Assembly (NCBI GenBank): GCA_965217115.1
Contig: OZ244239.1
Location: 832,001 to 896,000 of the forward strand
DNA length: 64,000 nt
Source: Bdellovibrionales bacterium
GTDB taxonomy: Bacteria; Bdellovibrionota; Bdellovibrionia; Bdellovibrionales; CAYMLA01
Direction: 5' to 3'
Below, one piece after another: positions 52,965 to 63,474 of this stretch. Below the pieces are notes generated by a model. It did no database searches. It had not been told where the DNA came from and saw nothing but the letters and a program-made list of their open reading frames with translations. The position numbers and the translations under genes were made by a program. How positions within the stretch are numbered: the stretch's first letter is position 1; each line of letters starts with the position of its first letter.

Positions 52965-54218
52965 TTAGATCATATCCAGTATTAGATTTCCTGGATTTTC
53001 AATGCGCTTTAAAAAAGACCTCAGAAAATGGGCCGCCACAGCTCCGTCAATCAAGCGATGATCTGCCGTTATTGTAAAGCTCATCATTTTCGCCAATTCA
53101 AGCTCAGTATCCACAATCACTGGACGATCCACAATTTTATACATTCCCAGTATAGCCACCTCTGGATGATTAATAATAGGCGTTGCCGATAACCCACCAA
53201 TAGAACCAATGTTAGTGATTGTTATCGTTGCCCCTTTCATCTCTTCTAGCTTAAGTTTTCCCTCTCTCGCACGAGTGGCTAGATCCACAATCTCCCTACT
53301 GATCTCAAGAATGGTCTTACGATCAGCATCTTTAATCACTGGAACCATTAATCCACTAGGTGTCTCCGCCGCAAAACCAATATTATAATATTTCTTATAA
53401 ACAATTTCCTGAGCTTCGTCGTCAATGCTTGCATTGAACATAGGGAACTCTCGCATAGTGCAGATCAAAGCCTTCATCGCAAATGGTAAATAAGTCACCT
53501 TAGTTCCATACTGAGCTGCCTGTTCTTTCACCTGGTTGCGAAGTTTCACCAACTCCGTCACATCGACTTCATCACACAAAGAAAAATGGGGAATGATCGT
53601 CTTACACATTTGCATGTTTTCAGCAATTTTTCGACGTATTCCCTTCAAAGGCACTCTTTCCTCTATCGCTCCGGCTGGCCCTTGATAAAAAGGACGGAGA
53701 ATCCCTTTTACCGAAGAAACAACTGATGTTTTTCCTGCAACATCGCCTGAACGACTTTGTGCCAATACGTCTTCTCGGGTCACACGACCAGCCAACCCTG
53801 TTCCATGCAAACGATTAACATCCACACTTAGCTCACGAGCCAAACGCTTAGTCGAAGGCGTTGCTAAAACCGTCACTTTCGCAACAGGTGGCTGTATTGA
53901 CGATGGTCTGCTTGTTTGGGTGTCTGCCAAAGAAACAGCTGGAGCAGCTGGGGCAGCTACGGGTAGAGGAATCTCTCCATCGGATGCTTTAACCACCAAC
54001 ATCACTTGGCCCACTTCCACTGTGTCACCCGAATTTAGCTTTAATTCTTTAACAACTCCAGAAAAAGGAGTGGGCACTTCCACCGTCGCTTTGTCTGTCA
54101 TGATCTCTGCCACGGGCTGGTCTATTGCCACCTGATCTCCCACTTTAACAAGCCAATCGACCATCTCCCCTTCAGTCACACCTTCACCAATTTCAGGTAA
54201 CTTAATCTCCGTCGCCAT
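52965..54218 (-). CDS. 2-oxoacid dehydrogenase E2 (dihydrolipoamide acyltransferase, one lipoyl domain)
   Basis: LPEIGEGV.EG, TDKATVE lipoyl Lys, GTG..GRVTREDV, DHRLIDG. Confidence 0.95.
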   Translation of the reverse strand: MATEIKLPEIGEGVTEGEMVDWLVKVGDQVAIDQPVAEIMTDKATVEVPTPFSGVVKELKLNSGDTVEVGQVMLVVKASDGEIPLPVAAPAAPAVSLADTQTSRPSSIQPPVAKVTVLATPSTKRLARELSVDVNRLHGTGLAGRVTREDVLAQSRSGDVAGKTSVVSSVKGILRPFYQGPAGAIEERVPLKGIRRKIAENMQMCKTIIPHFSLCDEVDVTELVKLRNQVKEQAAQYGTKVTYLPFAMKALICTMREFPMFNASIDDEAQEIVYKKYYNIGFAAETPSGLMVPVIKDADRKTILEISREIVDLATRAREGKLKLEEMKGATITITNIGSIGGLSATPIINHPEVAILGMYKIVDRPVIVDTELELAKMMSFTITADHRLIDGAVAAHFLRSFLKRIENPGNLILDMI

Positions 54219-55153
54219 TACTCTCTCCCAATTGAAACTTCTCTTCTTAATTTACCCTGTCTTTGCTTTTCAATCACACCTTTACGAAAATATTCCCCCG
54301 CACGATAGGAACTTCTCACCAAAGGTCCACTAACTACATATAAAAAACCCATGTTTTCAGCTTCTTTTTGCAATTCTTTAAACCGTTCGGGAGTTATAAA
54401 CTCCCTCACCTGCAAAGACTTCCCTGAGGGTTGTAAATACTGGCCAAAAGTCAGCATATCACAACCCACTGACCTTAGATCTTTTAATGTCTCTACAATT
54501 TCGCCTTGCTTCTCTCCCAAACCAACCATTAAAGACGTCTTAGTATAAACTTCAGGTTTCATCTCCTTAGCCATTTCCAAGACCCGCAAAGACTGCCTGT
54601 AATTCGCCCGAGGATCCCGCACCTCACTTTGTAAACTCTCAACTGTCTCTACATTATGAGCAAAAACATCTAAACCGCTCTCAAGAACTGTTTGAACATG
54701 TTCTCTAATACCACTAAAATCAGGCGTAAGAGCCTCAATTAAAATATGAGGACTAAATTTTTTTACCGCCATCACTGTTTTAGCAAAATGTCCTGATCCA
54801 AGATCTAATAAATCATCTCTATCAACACTGGTTAAAACAATATAATCCAAATTCAATTGAGCAATAGAGCGGCCCAATTTCTCTGGTTCAAGCTCATCTA
54901 TCTCTCCCTTAGGGTTTCCCGTTTTAACAGCACAAAAACGACAACCCCTCGTACAGGTATCTCCCATAAGCATAAAAGTCGCCGTCCCCCCTTCCCAACA
55001 TTCTCCAATATTAGGACATTGAGCTTCCTGACAAACCGTCGCGACACCCAAGTCTTTAACCAACTTATATATATCTTTATAACCCCTCCCAACAGGTGCT
55101 GGAACTTTAAGCCACTTAGGTAGGGGCAAACGCTTTTTCTTAACCGTATCCAT
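54218..55153 (-). CDS. lipA: lipoyl synthase
   Basis: CQEAQCPNIGEC and CTRGCRFC motifs, RSSY. Confidence 0.97.
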   Translation of the reverse strand: MDTVKKKRLPLPKWLKVPAPVGRGYKDIYKLVKDLGVATVCQEAQCPNIGECWEGGTATFMLMGDTCTRGCRFCAVKTGNPKGEIDELEPEKLGRSIAQLNLDYIVLTSVDRDDLLDLGSGHFAKTVMAVKKFSPHILIEALTPDFSGIREHVQTVLESGLDVFAHNVETVESLQSEVRDPRANYRQSLRVLEMAKEMKPEVYTKTSLMVGLGEKQGEIVETLKDLRSVGCDMLTFGQYLQPSGKSLQVREFITPERFKELQKEAENMGFLYVVSGPLVRSSYRAGEYFRKGVIEKQRQGKLRREVSIGRE

Positions 55154-55447
55154 GTCATCGGTTTACCAGAGAGCATCGCTTTTGTACACACACATCATAA
55201 GCGACTTTTCGCCACCCCCCAATAATACGTATTCTCACTTATTATCAAGTAGTTACTGACTATCTCTCCCCTGTTTTTTCTAAATTAAAACTCCTATTCG
55301 GAGTCACTCCTCTAAGGAAACACTCCAAATATGCGCTTCAGGTCAGAAAAAAACGTCCTAAGCATTACTAAAATAAAACCTAAAGTGGTATTTAGAACAC
55401 TTAAAAAGAGTCCGAAACTAAACATTATCTCTAAAGAGGGGTTATCA

Positions 55448-56203
55448 GTGAAATTCCATAAACCTTTACAAGAAGGACTCTTTATCAAGCGCTACAAAAG
55501 ATTCTTTGCCGATATTAGTTTTAACGGTAAAATTATCACAGCCCATTGCCCTAACACTGGAAGTATGAAGGGCTGTCAGCCACCCCAAGCTTCTTGTTTT
55601 TTCTCAACAAGCGACAATCCTAAAAGGAAACTTCCCTATACCTTAGAGATGATTAAGACCTCTACATCATGGGTGGGCGTAAATACAGCTCTTCCAAATA
55701 AGCTCACCTATGAGGCTTGGCAAAATCAAGTCGTCAATCACTGGAACTCCTTTGATCAAGCTCAGTTAGAAGTTAAAATTAACTCCACCACTCGTTTAGA
55801 CCTAGCACTGTGGAAATCCACTGAAAATTCAACAGAAAAGATTAAGTTTCAAGATTCTGATTTCTTTTCTGCAAGCAGTCCAAAGTTCCATTTTATCGAA
55901 ATTAAAAACGTTAGTCTCGTGGAAGAAGGACGAGCCTGTTTCCCTGATGCAGTCACTCTAAGAGGGCAGAAACACCTCAAAGAGCTAACAAAGCTCATTC
56001 AATCTGGTCACACAGGAGAAATATTTTTTGTCGTACAGAGACATGATGCAAAAGAATTTTCCCCTGCTGATCACATTGATTCTGAATATGGTCGTTTACT
56101 GCGCGAAGGACAAGAGCAGGGGTTGAAAATCTCGGCCTACCCATGTCACCTCTCATCTACAGAAATAAAGATACAACCTTCGCCTTTAAAAATCATTTTA
56201 TAA
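55448..56203 (+). CDS. sfsA: SfsA family nuclease
   Basis: KRYKRFFAD, AHCPNTGSM, RKLPYTLE, EIKNV, FPDAVT.RGQKHL.EL; start moved to GTG 55448. Confidence 0.93.
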   Translation: MKFHKPLQEGLFIKRYKRFFADISFNGKIITAHCPNTGSMKGCQPPQASCFFSTSDNPKRKLPYTLEMIKTSTSWVGVNTALPNKLTYEAWQNQVVNHWNSFDQAQLEVKINSTTRLDLALWKSTENSTEKIKFQDSDFFSASSPKFHFIEIKNVSLVEEGRACFPDAVTLRGQKHLKELTKLIQSGHTGEIFFVVQRHDAKEFSPADHIDSEYGRLLREGQEQGLKISAYPCHLSSTEIKIQPSPLKIIL

Positions 56204-56361
56204 ACAATACTCTAATGACGGAATCTCTATGTTCTAACAGTAACAGCCAGCATAAAATCAGATAATTAAAAAAATTGCAGACAAACGCCAATGACTAAGC
56301 TTATTAAGTATCTATCAAAATTAAGATCTAAAAACACCCATACTTAACAGGAGATAATTAC

Positions 56362-57201
56362 ATGGTAAACCACAGAAATAAAATAACTGTCCTTTTCTTC
56401 TTCTCTATTCTTTTGCCGTCTCTATCTCTGGCTTGGGGTTCCACTGGCCATAGGGCCGTTGGGCTTATCGCCGAAAATCACCTCACTCTTAAGGCACGCA
56501 AGGCTATTAAAAAAATAACTGGTGACGAGTCTCTTGCACAAATGAGTACATGGCCAGATTATATAAAATCCAATCCAAAGCATGATTTTAGAAAACCATG
56601 GCACTACATTAATATAAAAGATGGGGGAACCTACACCAAAACTGCCACAAACTCTCGCGGCGATGTTGTCATATCTATTAATGAACAGATCAAAACTTTA
56701 AAAAATAAAAAATCCACTAAGAATCAAAAAGCAATCGCCCTTAAATTTCTTGTACACTTAATTGGAGATATTCACCAACCTCTTCACGTCGGACGCTCTA
56801 AAGATCGTGGTGGCAACTCTCTTAAAATTCTTTTCTTTAAAGCAGAAACAAATCTCCATCGTTTATGGGATGAAAACATGATAGACCACTCAAAACTCAG
56901 TTTTACAGAGCTCACACGGTTTGTTGATCGTCCCTCTCAATTTCATAAAAAATGGCTCAACACAAATGCCGAAGATTGGGCCAACGAAGCTGTACGCCTA
57001 CGAGGTATTGTCTATAATTTCACCGAATCATACATCAAGCCCTATTCACAAGAACATCTAACTATGACTCCAAAACTATTTAATGGTAAAGTCCCAAAGG
57101 TTAGCTGGAGATACATTACTCGCAATTGGCCCGTTATCAAAAAACAAATTCACAAAGCAGGGCGTCGTCTAGCCAACACCCTTAATCAAATTTATCAATA
57201 A
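56362..57201 (+). CDS. secreted S1/P1 nuclease
   Basis: Signal peptide, WGSTGH, W.D, WHYIN, HLIGDIHQPLH, DRGGN, NLHRLWD. Confidence 0.95.
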   Translation: MVNHRNKITVLFFFSILLPSLSLAWGSTGHRAVGLIAENHLTLKARKAIKKITGDESLAQMSTWPDYIKSNPKHDFRKPWHYINIKDGGTYTKTATNSRGDVVISINEQIKTLKNKKSTKNQKAIALKFLVHLIGDIHQPLHVGRSKDRGGNSLKILFFKAETNLHRLWDENMIDHSKLSFTELTRFVDRPSQFHKKWLNTNAEDWANEAVRLRGIVYNFTESYIKPYSQEHLTMTPKLFNGKVPKVSWRYITRNWPVIKKQIHKAGRRLANTLNQIYQ

Positions 57202-57221
57202 ACTTGTAGCTCTTTAGAAAC

Positions 57222-57253
57222 AAAAAAAGGAGTGACTTTTAAGAAGTCACTCC
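57222..57253 (-). terminator. intrinsic terminator between the convergent S1/P1 and DsbA genes
   Basis: ggagtgactt-ttaag-aagtcactcc hairpin preceded by an A-run. Confidence 0.75.
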
Positions 57254-57282
57254 CTATGTTCTATGTTTTTTTTACTGTTATA

Positions 57283-58086
57283 TTAGATATTCGATAAATG
57301 ACGATCAATGACCTTTTTAAACTCAGGGTAAGGATAAGCCCCTTTCAAAGACACTCCATTTATTAAGAATCCAGGAGTTCCACTAAACCCAAACTTGCGA
57401 GCTTCAGCAATGTCAGATTTTAACTGTTTTTCTACCTTAGAAGACTTTAGATCTTTAGCTAATTTTTTCATATTAACTCCTACCTTTCTGGCTGTCTTCT
57501 TTAAAAAACTTTCTCCACCTTTTATCTTTGCCTGTTGCTCAAAAAGAATATCATGGAACTTATAAGCCTTGTCTCCGGACTGCATACCAATCGCAATAAA
57601 ATATCGGGCTGCTGGGACTGCATTTGGGTGGAATTCCAGGGGGAGATGCTTATAAACGACACGAACCTTATCTCCATACTCTTCCATAATCTGCTTGATT
57701 GTTCCATAGGCTTTACTGCAATAAGAACATTCAAAATCAGAGTATTCAACAATAGTTACAGAAGCTTCCTTCTTGCCCAAGATTGGGCGGTCTGCTTCAA
57801 TCAATGGTTTAACTGGATTTTTAAACTCATCTTCACGACGCTTTTTTTCGTCACTAGCTTGCTTCGACCTCTTTTGTTCTTGAGCTTTACGAGCAGCTTT
57901 ATTCACTACTTCAATAAACTTCTCAGGGTTTTTCTCTATGGTAGAAAAAACGATGTCTGGGTTTTTTTCAATCACCCCTTTCAACTGTGAAGCCGATGGT
58001 GCACAACCACCCAAGATAAAACCTATCACTAACAAACTTAAAGCACTGACTAAAGTTTTCAATTCACTTCTCCTTACAAAAAACAT
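57283..58086 (-). CDS. DsbA/thioredoxin-fold lipoprotein
   Basis: Lipobox LGGC, EYSDFECSYC, GTPGF cis-Pro loop. Confidence 0.9.
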   Translation of the reverse strand: MFFVRRSELKTLVSALSLLVIGFILGGCAPSASQLKGVIEKNPDIVFSTIEKNPEKFIEVVNKAARKAQEQKRSKQASDEKKRREDEFKNPVKPLIEADRPILGKKEASVTIVEYSDFECSYCSKAYGTIKQIMEEYGDKVRVVYKHLPLEFHPNAVPAARYFIAIGMQSGDKAYKFHDILFEQQAKIKGGESFLKKTARKVGVNMKKLAKDLKSSKVEKQLKSDIAEARKFGFSGTPGFLINGVSLKGAYPYPEFKKVIDRHLSNI

Positions 58087-58427
58087 TAATAATTATTAAT
58101 AAACCAAAATTCTCAATATCTTCTTACGACACTGATCATGCCACAATCACTTCTCATAGTTCAACCACTATCACTATTGAAATAATAAAAGAAGAGATCT
58201 TCGTCCCGTACTATACTAACACAGAGGGCTTTAAATCCCATATCAATGTCAACATCACTCTATGGAAGATAAGATTTTGAGGATACAAAACGACACGGAG
58301 AGCAATTCAATGGAAATCAATATAATGCGATGACCCATTAACAGCGGCCCTCTACAAAAGTCTAGTCTCTTCAAATAAAACCCATCAAATAGTCACAAAC
58401 AGAGTTAAAAGTAATAAGCTTATACTG

Positions 58428-59054
58428 ATGAAAACTTTATATACCATAAGTATACATTCAATAGCTATTTTGTTCTTGTCTCTCACCACTAGCTGCTCCA
58501 GCTCTAATAGAAAACCTCTATTTCAAGTTGATCAGAATCAACTCGTTGGAACAAAATTAGAGGCAACGTCCTTCCAATTAAAAATTAAAAATATTGACCA
58601 AATGCAAAAGCTTGTGGATGGTTTTATTCTTGAAACTGAAACCAAACACAACATTTTACCATTAAAAAGAGCCACGCGTCTTATCCTCTCACACTCCAAT
58701 GAAAATGCTATGGTCGATAAACTACTACCGCAGATAATAACCTATTTACTGGATTGGAAAGAACTAGAAAACATCTTCACCGAACTCACAGAAGAGGCTT
58801 TGCACAGGGTCAAGGCTCGACATGGTAAAACCACTCATCAAGTGACCTACGTAATACTTCTAGAAAATATAGTCTATGAACTCAACTCTAAAAAGAAGGA
58901 TTGGCCGTTCTCTAAAAAACTTTTACAAAGAATTTCTAATGCTGATATTAAAGTTTCTAAGACAGTCCGGAGTGAATTGCAACTGCGTACAATGAAACAT
59001 GTTGTTTCCCCTTCTCGCTTAGCTCAGTCTGTTTTGCGAGAAACAGCACTCTGA
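58428..59054 (+). CDS. hypothetical lipoprotein
   Basis: TTSC lipobox-like sequence; 208 aa. Confidence 0.65.
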   Translation: MKTLYTISIHSIAILFLSLTTSCSSSNRKPLFQVDQNQLVGTKLEATSFQLKIKNIDQMQKLVDGFILETETKHNILPLKRATRLILSHSNENAMVDKLLPQIITYLLDWKELENIFTELTEEALHRVKARHGKTTHQVTYVILLENIVYELNSKKKDWPFSKKLLQRISNADIKVSKTVRSELQLRTMKHVVSPSRLAQSVLRETAL

Positions 59055-61705
59055 CTACCAAGAATAAGCCCGTTGTTTTTTCTAATTCTATTAGGAAGGG
59101 ACCATTCTGCAGGATCACTCCAAAATGTTTTCCACCCTCGGGAGAGAACGTCAGCAAAACTCGATGCCGTCTCTCCAAATGATTGTAAATAACCTATGTC
59201 TTCTCGTTTAGCTCTCTCTTTTATGAGAACTTCCACATTTTCTCGCGTGGCCTTTTGATAAAATTTCATATAAGAAATCCATGCATTTTCAATGCTAGGT
59301 ATGTTCTCCGCAATAGAAGAGTCCTGCCTACCTCTCCTGCTTGAACTCTTTTGTCTCTTAAAACGTTCAATATCCACTGCTAAAAGCTCTATGGCATAAT
59401 TAAGACGATCAATATTCATATAATTTCGATTTTCCCCTGGAGAACGAAGAAAAATCGACAGGTTTTGAAGATTATCATTCAAACTCACATCAGGTCCCGA
59501 TAAAAGCCTTACTTGTAACGACCAGTAAACCTCAGGAATATGTTTTAAGCCATAAAGAGATCGTAAAGCTGAAAGCCAAACAACTCGATAATGACTCGGA
59601 TACTCATAAGCTCTCTTAATTAAATTAATAAATTCGTTCTCATTGAGAGTGATTAATTTTTCTGACGTCAGAGCATCGTAAATATTTGGAAATTTTGAAG
59701 AAATCTCCCCTCGAGTACCTCCTTCTAAAGCAGATAAAATATTCAAACAAGCTTTTTGTCTGGACGCACGCACAAGGTTACTTGCTTCGTAAATAAATTC
59801 TTTTTTCTTAAAAGATAAATGTATGCAGAGGGGATACAGAATCTCTTGAGTCGCTCGATAGAAATCTTCATTGCGCTCGTCAATAGACGCCAAGGATAGC
59901 TGCACACTCATACTTGGTGATGGGTCCGTATAGGTTAAAGCTAAACTGGAGTTATACAAAATTAGATATGTCAGGGAGTACATCGAGGCACTCGTCACTC
60001 CAAAGTCTATAGCTGTCAATAAAATGCTCGCAGGACTGAGGAGAGAAAATTTTCTAGCTATTTTCAAAGCCTTATTTGCGCCTTTATTTTTTATTGTTTT
60101 CGGAAATTTGGGAAAAAAGCGTAGAGCAAATGCACTCCAAGTTGATGACTGCAATATTTTAACAACGAATCGAGACAGGCCAGTTAAAGATACTTTTATA
60201 AAAGGAGCTAAATTCTTTGATGGAAGATTTCTCGTTACACGAAAAAATCTCACAGCCATCCCGCGTACAAAAATTTCAATATTTTTTCTATGAGCTTTAG
60301 ACTTTACGATGATTCCTAAGCCAAGAGCTACTAACCATGAACGAAAGGCATCTGTTTTAAAATGACGATCAAACTTAACATCAACAGAGAACTCCTGTTT
60401 AGCTTTGATAAGATCAAAGCTTTGTCCCTTAAATTCTGCAGCACGACGCCTCCCCCTCATATAAGAGTAATACCGATGAAGCACATACACTTGTCTCATT
60501 CCTTGGTAACAAGCGTAAGTCATAAAAACAGTCTCGATTCCCATAGATGTCAGTATGGCAAAACTCCAAGCTCTAGCGCTTGTTATGGCTGTACTTATTT
60601 TTGCTCCAAAAACACTGGATAACCCCGCGCCCCAAAAGGCCGCTGTTTTAGATCTGTTATGAACCACTCTCTGTATCAGTAAAGATAAATCCACATGGGA
60701 CACATTGAATTCTTCTGATGATAACAACTCACTTTCTTCATATCCATAAACATTAGGCCTATCATGAATATCCTCAATTAAATCATCAATGACTTCTTGG
60801 TTCTTAATATGTAATTCTTTAGAAGTTATTGCCCCTCCGAAATTTCCTGTTAACCCAACTAGATAATCCAAAAACTTAAACGTCTTCCCTGAGAGAACAT
60901 CTCCCTTGGTGTGAAGAGCGTATCTTGCCTTAGATCCAGATATCTCTTCTCCATAACTAGTCTGATCTCTCTTTAAGGACAAGAGAGCCTCCTTCTCCTC
61001 TTCTGAAAAAGAATCTGTCTCTGAAAGCATAGAAAATAAACTCGCCTGATTTGTCGCAGGCATTCTTTTGCCTCTTGAATGTTTTAGAGAATTCAGAACA
61101 TACTCTTTTTCTTTAGATAAGGAAAAAACCCATTGCCCACCATCATCGTAACCACGAAATTTAAAAATACTAATAAACCTCAAAGCATCTACGGCAGCAG
61201 CGGCTAAAATAGCGTTAGTTCCATTCTTTTTTTCAATAGACTGGGATAGTTTGTAATAAGCATGAAGAGTTGCCTCATTCAACCAGAGCTTAAACTCAGC
61301 ATGACTCTCTGGCAACTGATGTAAATCCCACTGTTCTTTCTCAGTAAAACTCTGATAATTATTTATTAAAACCTGTCTTTGTGATAATTTACTTGCTGCC
61401 CACTCTTCAAATTCTTCAACTTTCCAGTCCTTTCCGGATAACAAAGATATCTCTTTCAATGAAATTGGAATTGTCGGTGTTTGACGCTCAAACCTCTGAG
61501 AAGAACCTAGTTTCTCAACCATGTCCCCAGAAGGCTGGAGCTGCACATTTTTGAAAAAATGCCTCTCCCCGCTCTCTACAGATTCTGATGTTAAGCGTTC
61601 TGTTGTTAATCCAACAGGTTGTCTCGCTTCTTTCTTAAAGAAATATAGCAAAAGCAAACCTAAAACTAAAACAGCCACAAGCCACAGTGGTCGATTTTTA
61701 TCCAT
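59024..61705 (-). CDS. large hypothetical membrane-anchored protein
   Basis: 893 aa ORF with an N-terminal TM and central hydrophobic segments. Confidence 0.75.
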   Translation of the reverse strand: MDKNRPLWLVAVLVLGLLLLYFFKKEARQPVGLTTERLTSESVESGERHFFKNVQLQPSGDMVEKLGSSQRFERQTPTIPISLKEISLLSGKDWKVEEFEEWAASKLSQRQVLINNYQSFTEKEQWDLHQLPESHAEFKLWLNEATLHAYYKLSQSIEKKNGTNAILAAAAVDALRFISIFKFRGYDDGGQWVFSLSKEKEYVLNSLKHSRGKRMPATNQASLFSMLSETDSFSEEEKEALLSLKRDQTSYGEEISGSKARYALHTKGDVLSGKTFKFLDYLVGLTGNFGGAITSKELHIKNQEVIDDLIEDIHDRPNVYGYEESELLSSEEFNVSHVDLSLLIQRVVHNRSKTAAFWGAGLSSVFGAKISTAITSARAWSFAILTSMGIETVFMTYACYQGMRQVYVLHRYYSYMRGRRRAAEFKGQSFDLIKAKQEFSVDVKFDRHFKTDAFRSWLVALGLGIIVKSKAHRKNIEIFVRGMAVRFFRVTRNLPSKNLAPFIKVSLTGLSRFVVKILQSSTWSAFALRFFPKFPKTIKNKGANKALKIARKFSLLSPASILLTAIDFGVTSASMYSLTYLILYNSSLALTYTDPSPSMSVQLSLASIDERNEDFYRATQEILYPLCIHLSFKKKEFIYEASNLVRASRQKACLNILSALEGGTRGEISSKFPNIYDALTSEKLITLNENEFINLIKRAYEYPSHYRVVWLSALRSLYGLKHIPEVYWSLQVRLLSGPDVSLNDNLQNLSIFLRSPGENRNYMNIDRLNYAIELLAVDIERFKRQKSSSRRGRQDSSIAENIPSIENAWISYMKFYQKATRENVEVLIKERAKREDIGYLQSFGETASSFADVLSRGWKTFWSDPAEWSLPNRIRKNNGLILGSQSAVSRKTD

Positions 61706-61897
61706 ACACCTAAGATTTCGGATAATCTCACTAAGATCTTGAGTTTATTTACTATATAGAGAAATAACCGTTCATTTAAGTGTCTTTTTAAAGGATTTCT
61801 TCTTAAAAATAAGATTAGGTGGTTAGACTCAAGAGGCGAACCCCGCCCAAACCAGAAGAGCTGCTTTTAAATCAAAAATTGAGACACTAGTAAGGCC

Positions 61898-62623
61898 CTA
61901 ATATCTCCAAAGAAAGTGAGCCACATACTGCACTTCTGACAAAGGCTCACCGACATTGTAATCATAGGAACCCACTGAAAAATGGGTCAACATATCATCT
62001 TTAAGATGCTGGGTTATTCCTACAGATGTCGACTGGGATTTTACAAAATAATTAGTTTCCGAAGTCAGATATCTCGAGTGCCTATAGGAAACTTGAAGAG
62101 TCTCTCTCAAATGAAACGATTCAGTCGCCCTTGGTCCCATTGGTAATACCCATTTTAACTCTAAGCTTGATTTTTTCAACGTGACCTCTAAATCATTTGC
62201 ACTCAGAGAATATTTACTTCCAAGCTTTAAACCCTCTTCGGTTTCTACCTCAACTTGACTCAATTTATGCCTCAACTCGTAAGCTGTGCGAAAACGAGAA
62301 TCATTTCTGACAAACTCATCCATGCGTACTTCAACCAAACGGCGAATCATTAATTCACCAAATTTAGAACGTCGTTCATTTTCATCTTGAAAAGAAATGT
62401 CCCTCTCCTGAAATTCATACATACTGTACCAGTCTTGATTCACTTCGTTGTGACCAAATTCCAACCCATACTTCTCTTTGAACTCTTTAACTAAAGGTTT
62501 CGTAAAAATAAGCCCCTCAGAGGATTTGTCTTTAGGACACTTCCACAATAGAGAACAATCCTGGCTTTGCACTTTGCAAACCCCTAGGATAACAAATAAA
62601 AGCACACTAAAGACGCGTCGCAT
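61898..62623 (-). CDS. hypothetical exported protein
   Basis: GGAGG SD, signal peptide, beta-rich C-terminus ending in aromatic residues. Confidence 0.65.
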   Translation of the reverse strand: MRRVFSVLLFVILGVCKVQSQDCSLLWKCPKDKSSEGLIFTKPLVKEFKEKYGLEFGHNEVNQDWYSMYEFQERDISFQDENERRSKFGELMIRRLVEVRMDEFVRNDSRFRTAYELRHKLSQVEVETEEGLKLGSKYSLSANDLEVTLKKSSLELKWVLPMGPRATESFHLRETLQVSYRHSRYLTSETNYFVKSQSTSVGITQHLKDDMLTHFSVGSYDYNVGEPLSEVQYVAHFLWRY

Positions 62624-62807
62624 TATTCCTCCATTCTTGTATTATACACCAATAATAAGAAGGGGGAGGTTAAAAAAGGCAGTAAAGGTGTAACTATTTA
62701 AAATCACTTGAAATTAGTGTGTAAAAATAACTGTAACTTCCCTTTTTTGTCATTTCTATACTTCACAGTGTACAGGGCAGTGACAAAGGCAATACCTTCG
62801 CCTATGT

Positions 62808-63473
62808 TTGCAATCTATGGGCCCAGCAATAATGACCAATGCGAAGTTAAGAAAACGCTCCGATCTTCACTTAACTCGTAAGATTTGGCACGTTTTGAGT
62901 GTCTTTATTATCATTTTGATACATCTCTTCTCACCAAAAAATGTCATTGATGCCATACTCATTTTCGCTTGGATATCCTGTCTCTTCACAGAGGTTTCTC
63001 GCTTAAGATCAGAAAAAATGAATCGTCTTGTTATTTCTATTTTAGGCCCCGTCATGCGTCAGGGTGAAATTAATAAGATTTCAGGCCTCACCTACATGCT
63101 CATAGGAGTTTCCATTCTCCACACAACCTTTAGCGAAAACATCATCACTCTAAGTTTACTCTTTCTCTGTATGGCTGACCCTGCTGCCAGCTATATTGGA
63201 ATTCGTTTTGGCAAAAGAAAGCTTCTTCTCAACAAAACCTTCGAAGGGTTTATAACCGCATTCTCTGTTTGTTTTATTATCGCATGGACTTTTTTTACTA
63301 TTGAAAACTTAATGCCTAATCACATTATTATTACCTCCTTACTAGCTGGGTTATCAGGAGCCTTTTCTGAACTTATTCCCGTAGGGAAGCTAGATGATAA
63401 CTTAACTTTACCTGTTATAAGTGCTTCCTTGTTATCAGTTATCTTTTATTTCTTCACGGGACATCTTTCCTGA
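62808..63473 (+). CDS. diacylglycerol/polyprenol (phytol/dolichol) kinase family
   Basis: [18 protein letters not shown]...[13 protein letters not shown]. Confidence 0.85.
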   Translation: MQSMGPAIMTNAKLRKRSDLHLTRKIWHVLSVFIIILIHLFSPKNVIDAILIFAWISCLFTEVSRLRSEKMNRLVISILGPVMRQGEINKISGLTYMLIGVSILHTTFSENIITLSLLFLCMADPAASYIGIRFGKRKLLLNKTFEGFITAFSVCFIIAWTFFTIENLMPNHIIITSLLAGLSGAFSELIPVGKLDDNLTLPVISASLLSVIFYFFTGHLS

Positions 63474-63474
63474 T

